Shown here: positions 58,963-64,000 of the stretch, in pieces | How the letters are laid out: each line of letters starts with the position of its first letter | Position numbering within the stretch: position 1 is the stretch's first letter | DNA from: Candidatus Bathyarchaeota archaeon | GTDB taxonomy: Archaea; Thermoproteota; Bathyarchaeia; 40CM-2-53-6 | DNA length: 64,000 nt | NCBI GenBank assembly: GCA_005883075.1 | Contig: VBAX01000047.1 | Location: 29,598 to 93,597 of the forward strand | Direction of reading: 5' to 3' | Position numbers and translations under genes: made by a program | Notes under the pieces: generated by a model | Told to the model about the DNA's origin: nothing | The model's database searches: none | What the model saw: the letters and a program-made list of their open reading frames with translations, nothing else

Positions 58963-60495
58963 TCACTTGTCATCCTTTTCCTTCGCTACCTGATCCTTAA
59001 CCGACTTGAAGAAGTCCGTGCTCTCGATTCGTCCAGCTTCCGACCGGACAGCGTCCAAGTCAATTTTCAACCTGGCATGTGTTACCTTGCGACGTCTGAA
59101 CGCGAAGAATACAGCAACTAGTAGCAAGGCTAGTAGGGCGGCTATTATACCGAAATAATAGAGCGGGAAAGAAGCACTCCCCCCAGACGCATTCTGAACA
59201 GTGATGGCTCGCGTCGCAGAGCCAGTGTTGGGAGGCGTCGGCGAGTCTGATGCCGTGACAACCAGGGACCAGAGCCCACCAGTGTCCGAAGGTCGCACTG
59301 TATATGTTCCTATCCATAATCTCAGGGATGTGTCGAAAACAACCGGAACAGTATCGTTGATCGTGGGCGTCCCGCTGTAGAGTAAGTAAGCTTTCACAGT
59401 GCCCGGCTGGAAAACCGTACCGTCAGGATACGTGACGTTCGCATTGAAGGTAAGCTGTTGACCCACAGCGATGGTAGAGTTAGTGGTTACAATGACAGTT
59501 AGAGGGATAGTTGCTAGCAGCGGGGCGGTGGAGACTATTGTTCCGGGACCATTGTTCCCGTAAGCGTCGCTATAGGCATGTCCCCCCAAGCTTGCAGTCC
59601 ACGTCCCGGTCTGATTATCCAACGACGTCTGGTAAGACGCATCGAAAGTCTGAGACGCACTATCATATGTCGCCGTCAAAGTGACGGTGTTACCAGGCCC
59701 AGCCAAGTTTAGGAGAGCGACTCCTGTCGAGGGAATGGACCCATCTGGATAATTGGGCTGAAAGAAGAAACTCATCGTCTCCGTCCTCTGGTAGACTGAT
59801 TTGACGGACGTGATCGAGCTAACGATCATAATCGCAGGTCCCAGCGAGAAAGGTTGCGAATCAGCCGGATTCTTGACAGTGCTTGTCCCGGTCAAGGTAA
59901 CAATGTAAGTGTCTATTGTGGCGTTTCTTGGGGTCTTCCAGCTTGTAGCCACGATCCCCGTGCCCGTCGCTGGTACGTTTTGGGAAAAGACGAGCGTTGA
60001 GGTGCTCTGGGTCCTGATGGTTACTGTAACACTTTCTGACGCGCTGTATCCGCTTGCCTGTATGAGCACAGTTTGCGTTCTCTGATATGAGGAACTATCC
60101 GTGATGGTGAGTATGAACGAGGTCCCAGCTATGCTTGGCGATGCGGTGGGCCATAGCTCATCGACCTTGGCATTGTACTGGCCGACTAGCGTGTTCGATC
60201 CTTGGAATGAAGGACTTGGGTAGACAACTATCAGGGTAAACTTGTCTTGGCCTGGTGCGGTCGTATAGTTCGCCAGAGTTTGAGCGGTCTTCCCTGCTGG
60301 ATCGGTTACGGAGAACCTGAACCTGTATTGGGTGTTGGGAACGGCACTATTTGCAGATAGGACAAGGCTGACCGTGTTCCCTTCCGATGTCGCTGCCGGA
60401 ACGGAGTTCAGAGAGAATGGCGGGTCAGCGTGAACCATTGGGACTATATTGATCGATAGAAGAGGGACAAAGACGACGAGGGCAAGCAGAAGCAT
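58963..60495 (-). CDS. Thr/Ser-rich Ig-like surface protein with C-terminal TM anchor
   Basis: signal peptide ending VHA, repeated YQRT.T and YPDG.. beta-domains, TM segment followed by RRRK. Confidence 0.8.
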   Translation of the reverse strand: MLLLALVVFVPLLSINIVPMVHADPPFSLNSVPAATSEGNTVSLVLSANSAVPNTQYRFRFSVTDPAGKTAQTLANYTTAPGQDKFTLIVVYPSPSFQGSNTLVGQYNAKVDELWPTASPSIAGTSFILTITDSSSYQRTQTVLIQASGYSASESVTVTIRTQSTSTLVFSQNVPATGTGIVATSWKTPRNATIDTYIVTLTGTSTVKNPADSQPFSLGPAIMIVSSITSVKSVYQRTETMSFFFQPNYPDGSIPSTGVALLNLAGPGNTVTLTATYDSASQTFDASYQTSLDNQTGTWTASLGGHAYSDAYGNNGPGTIVSTAPLLATIPLTVIVTTNSTIAVGQQLTFNANVTYPDGTVFQPGTVKAYLLYSGTPTINDTVPVVFDTSLRLWIGTYTVRPSDTGGLWSLVVTASDSPTPPNTGSATRAITVQNASGGSASFPLYYFGIIAALLALLLVAVFFAFRRRKVTHARLKIDLDAVRSEAGRIESTDFFKSVKDQVAKEKDDK

Positions 60496-60673
60496 GCATT
60501 GGCTGATTCTAGAGTATCGCGTGGCTCGTCTTCTCCATAAGCGTCGATGATGAGCGAGGTAGTTCTGTCAGCGACTAAAGTGGGTCTCGTAACTTCTGGC
60601 TCTAAGTCGAAGTATCGAAGGAAGCCTGAGAACTGCGATTAGGGCCTGTTCGGGGCGAATCCTGAGTATTGCG

Positions 60674-61960
60674 CTAGGTTGTGGCAGGAACAACCTCTGC
60701 GATTGGTGCCAGAACCTGTTCCTCGGGTAGTTTGACGTCTTTGAATGAACGCCAGAAGTACGTGATCGCACTCAGGTAGAGTCCCGTGCAAATCATGAAC
60801 GGTATAACTAGGTAGATGCTGCTGGGACTCGTTGCTAGACCCATAATGTAGCCTCCGATACCGGTGCTGAACGAGTTGGGCAGCCTCCAGAGAGAAGCCA
60901 CGATGGCAGAAGCTACAGATCGCTCTTCGGCTGGAACCAAACCCATCAAAAGAGAGTTCTGAGCGGGGTTCGACATCATCATTAGCATGCTTCTGACGAT
61001 GTAGATCGAGAAGGCAGTGGCGAAGTTGGGCGAGAACGGAATCGAGAAAAGAAACAGAGTAGACGTTCCTTGCGTTAGCACGATTGTCCGAACGGTTCCG
61101 AATCTCCGGGCAAGCCGGGGAGTTGCAAGGTTGGCGAATCCCATCACAAGGCTGTTGATGCCGCCGAAGATTGGCCCAGTAACGTCGTTTGCTAGACCAT
61201 ACTTGAGAAAGGCCCAACCTGGAATAAGAGGGATTACCATGCCAGCGCCTAGAGCAATTACAATCCCGTAAGCAGCGTATCGAAAGACTATGCCGCGGCT
61301 CTTTCTCGGAAGAATGTGGAACCCAGATTCTTGGTTCGTCTCTAGCCTAGACTCGGAGACCCTGAGATAGACGATCATTGGACCGATGAGACTGATGGCA
61401 GCGACGCTGATGAACAGATATCGATTGCCAGTAACGAGGTCAACTTGGTAGGCTGATTTCAGTAGGTCGAGAAGACTGGTGCTGAAGCCTCCTAGAGCCG
61501 AGGCAATCGTGGCTACGAAGAATGAGAGGCCGAAGGCACTTGTCCGTTTCAGGTTTCCTGCTTTGTCTGCTAGCATGGCGCTCCAGGAGGACGCGTACAT
61601 GGCCTCGGAAAGTCCGGCCAGAACAGCCGCTCCGAACAAGTGAGAGATATTCGAGTCGACCGCAAAGATGGCTAGCGCTAGGCTTCCCAGTACTCCTCCA
61701 ATGACAACCAGCTTCTTCTTGCCATAACGATCGGCAACGCCACCAAATACAAGGGTGGAGGAGGCGCTAACGATTCCGAAGGTTCCTAGGATGAGGCTGC
61801 TGGTGGCGAACGAGATGCCTTCGAGTACGAGAAAGACCTGTAGGGAGATGAACAGTAATCCTGCAGCCGCCCAGGTGAAGAAGCTCGAATAGATCAGGAG
61901 ATTGGCTTCATGCGGTATCCCCTTGTACTCTTCGAAGATGGAACTTATGCGCTGGAACAA
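60674..61960 (-). CDS. MFS transporter
   Basis: GGVADRYGKK and RLARRFG motif A; about 12 TM segments. Confidence 0.9.
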   Translation of the reverse strand: MFQRISSIFEEYKGIPHEANLLIYSSFFTWAAAGLLFISLQVFLVLEGISFATSSLILGTFGIVSASSTLVFGGVADRYGKKKLVVIGGVLGSLALAIFAVDSNISHLFGAAVLAGLSEAMYASSWSAMLADKAGNLKRTSAFGLSFFVATIASALGGFSTSLLDLLKSAYQVDLVTGNRYLFISVAAISLIGPMIVYLRVSESRLETNQESGFHILPRKSRGIVFRYAAYGIVIALGAGMVIPLIPGWAFLKYGLANDVTGPIFGGINSLVMGFANLATPRLARRFGTVRTIVLTQGTSTLFLFSIPFSPNFATAFSIYIVRSMLMMMSNPAQNSLLMGLVPAEERSVASAIVASLWRLPNSFSTGIGGYIMGLATSPSSIYLVIPFMICTGLYLSAITYFWRSFKDVKLPEEQVLAPIAEVVPATT

Positions 61961-62012
61961 TGACGAGCAACTATCCCTCTAGCTGGGCTCTCGGAGAAGC
62001 GTCGCAGTGGCT

Positions 62013-62960
62013 CTAAAGGATTAGTCTCGGAACGGGCGACTTCGCAACGCTTCTCTGTTGGTGAATCTTGGTTTGTAGCGATTTTCTGAGCCTTCTAGCT
62101 CCTGCTCTGTCTTCGGTAACGAAATTTTCTCCTGCAAGTTTCTTTCTGATGACTCGCTTGAGTTCGAGGTCAATTTCGTATCCGATTCCTTCTCTTCCCA
62201 GTTCCTTCGCGACCTTCAATGTCGTCCCGGATCCCGCGAAAGGGTCGAACACGGTTTCTCCAATCATGGTGAAGAGCTTGATCAATCGCCTGGGAATTTC
62301 GTCGGGGAAGGCGGCGATCCCTTCCTCCACGCGGCCAGCCATTGGGAGGACGTTGGTGATGTTCCAGACTGTCAGGTTCCATCTCTCCTTGTTGAGTTTT
62401 GTGGTATCTATTTTTGATGATTCTAGAATCTTCTTTGGTGCGTCTTTCAAGTGAGCGTAGTCGAATTCGCCGTTCTGGAATAAGAGGATGGATTCCTGAA
62501 TATTGTCCGGGTAAAAGTACATCGGGTATGGATGCTGGAGGACGACGCCGCTTCGCCTGCTGATTCTAGTGTAGCCAACGGGTTTGACCCAGGTTATCTT
62601 GTCGCGATAGAGAAAACCCTCGTCTAGGAAGATTCTGGTCGTATCCGCGACAAGGGGGTATTTCCGCCCACGACTGCCATCTCCTTCTTTCACCAGCATA
62701 TCATCGGTGACTATCGCGCAGATTCTGCCTTTTCCTAGGACTCTTTTGCTCTGAGAGGCGAAAGATTTGATCAAGTCCAGATAATCATCATAGGTTGGGA
62801 AAAGGTCTGGATAGTCGAAAGGGGCGTTGTAGTAGGGTGGAGAGGTAACGATCAGAGAAACCTCGCCATCAGCGATTTCCCTCGAGGTCATCTTTCTGAG
62901 ATCCCCGAAGAAAACTTGGAGACTTGGGGCGTCCTTGGACCTCTTGCTCTTAGGACTCAT
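62013..62960 (-). CDS. site-specific amino-DNA methyltransferase, beta class (probably m4C)
   Basis: catalytic TSPPY precedes SAM motif FDPFAGSGTT; AAFP. Confidence 0.9.
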   Translation of the reverse strand: MSPKSKRSKDAPSLQVFFGDLRKMTSREIADGEVSLIVTSPPYYNAPFDYPDLFPTYDDYLDLIKSFASQSKRVLGKGRICAIVTDDMLVKEGDGSRGRKYPLVADTTRIFLDEGFLYRDKITWVKPVGYTRISRRSGVVLQHPYPMYFYPDNIQESILLFQNGEFDYAHLKDAPKKILESSKIDTTKLNKERWNLTVWNITNVLPMAGRVEEGIAAFPDEIPRRLIKLFTMIGETVFDPFAGSGTTLKVAKELGREGIGYEIDLELKRVIRKKLAGENFVTEDRAGARRLRKSLQTKIHQQRSVAKSPVPRLIL

Positions 62961-63039
62961 GACACAGCACCCCTATTCTGATCCAATTCCATGAATCCGA
63001 GGCAGTGAGTATATACGATGTCGTCACAGTAGATGGATT

Positions 63040-63624
63040 ATGCTGGATCCTGCGAAGGTTCCTGTTGAACAATCCGCTTTGCTGGTTATCGATGCTCAAG
63101 ACTCGTTCAGAGTCGGTCCGCGGTGGGCAAAACGCAACAACCCAGCTTTTGAAAAGAATGTTAGCGCTCTCGTCGAAGCTTATCGCGCTGCTCATCTGCC
63201 GGTTGTGTTCTTCCTTCATACTGACAGTGATGAGGCGTTTGCCAAAGACAGCCCATCGTTCAAGCTGATGGACTTTCTCAAACCTCGGAAGGATGAGCCT
63301 GTAATGGTCAAGAACACGCGGAACTGCTTCACGAGCACGACTTTGCAACCATACCTGATAGAGAAAGGTGTGAGACGCGTCAGCATCACAGGCATTCAGA
63401 TGGAACAATGCTGCGAGACGACCGCGAGGATCGCAGCGGACCTCGGTTACGCGGTAGACTTTGTTACTGAGGCGACGATGACTTTTCCCATTCCGAACTG
63501 GGACAAGCCAGGCGAAGAGCTAGGAGTCGACGCCATACGCGAACGTACAGAATACGCCCTACGACGCCGATTCGCACGCATCACCACAGTCAGTCAATTG
63601 CAAAAAGAACTAAAAGTGATGTAG
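63040..63624 (+). CDS. isochorismatase-family cysteine hydrolase
   Basis: LVIDAQ, K..RNCF, EQCCETTAR. Confidence 0.9.
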   Translation: MLDPAKVPVEQSALLVIDAQDSFRVGPRWAKRNNPAFEKNVSALVEAYRAAHLPVVFFLHTDSDEAFAKDSPSFKLMDFLKPRKDEPVMVKNTRNCFTSTTLQPYLIEKGVRRVSITGIQMEQCCETTARIAADLGYAVDFVTEATMTFPIPNWDKPGEELGVDAIRERTEYALRRRFARITTVSQLQKELKVM

Positions 63625-63656
63625 CCGAGTAGCTGAGTTCGTCCTCGTCTTCAGGG

Positions 63657-64000
63657 TCAGGTCGTACTTGCCGTCGCTTGCAGTCCTTCCCATGGGAAGG
63701 ATTTGTGCTTCTTGTAATACTCGACCAGGCCTCCTTCCCGCATGAGTCCTCGAAGGAACTCAGGAACCTTCAACGCATGATACACTTTTCCATCTTTAGT
63801 CGTGACTGACCAATCCTGAAGATTGATGGATATTTCGTCGAACTGCTTTACCTGTTTGGTTATTCCCGGGACCTCTAGTGCGGGTAGGCCTATGGCGAAG
63901 CTATTCCGATAGAATATTCTTGCGAAGCTTTCAGCGACTACTGCTGCTACTCCCGAATATTTGATGGCGACTGGTGCTTGTTCGCGGCTTGATCCTCCAC
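63657..64000 (-). CDS. leuD: 3-isopropylmalate dehydratase/homoaconitase small subunit (5' part outside window)
   Basis: not in the ORF track; manual translation gives GSSREQAPVAIKYSGVAAVVAESFARIFYRNSFAIGLP...GGLVEY, stop at 63657-63659. Confidence 0.88.
   Translation of the reverse strand, partial: GGSSREQAPVAIKYSGVAAVVAESFARIFYRNSFAIGLPALEVPGITKQVKQFDEISINLQDWSVTTKDGKVYHALKVPEFLRGLMREGGLVEYYKKHKSFPWEGLQATASTT

Noticed and set aside
60545..60600. C/D box sRNA (GATGATGA)
   Set aside because: No properly placed CTGA D box follows.
1..64000. tRNA, rRNA, transposase or integrase genes
   Set aside because: No cloverleaf/T-loop context, rRNA-like stretch or DDE/Y1/tyrosine recombinase motifs were recognised by eye; tRNAscan/Infernal were not run.

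Overview
Gene-dense archaeal chromosomal segment. The DRG GTPase, Lhr-core helicase, split B12 acyl-CoA mutases, DUF35/thiolase clusters, zinc-ribbon membrane proteins, TATA-box promoters and frequent TTG starts suggest a soil Bathyarchaeia/TACK-type archaeon (inference). About 65 CDS are supportable. They include a thrB-thrC-hom-lysC operon, heme o synthase, HtpX, MsrB, an S53 protease, a 12-repeat NHL protein, GcvH, a 2-thiolase/2-DUF35 cluster near an acyl-CoA dehydrogenase, an RCK-MscS-APC module, an MCM-MeaB-ICM-like mutase locus, an orphan amino-DNA methyltransferase, a disrupted metallo-beta-lactamase gene and a partial leuD/hacB. I recognised no rRNA, tRNA, CRISPR array or transposase. 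The most striking unexplained signal is a non-coding ~210-bp dispersed repeat family, found by manual alignment. It has four copies in both orientations (13873-14080 +, 29615-29840 +, 47167-47383 -, 58719-58940 -), three of them between convergent genes, with conserved motif blocks, a G-string and a terminal hairpin.
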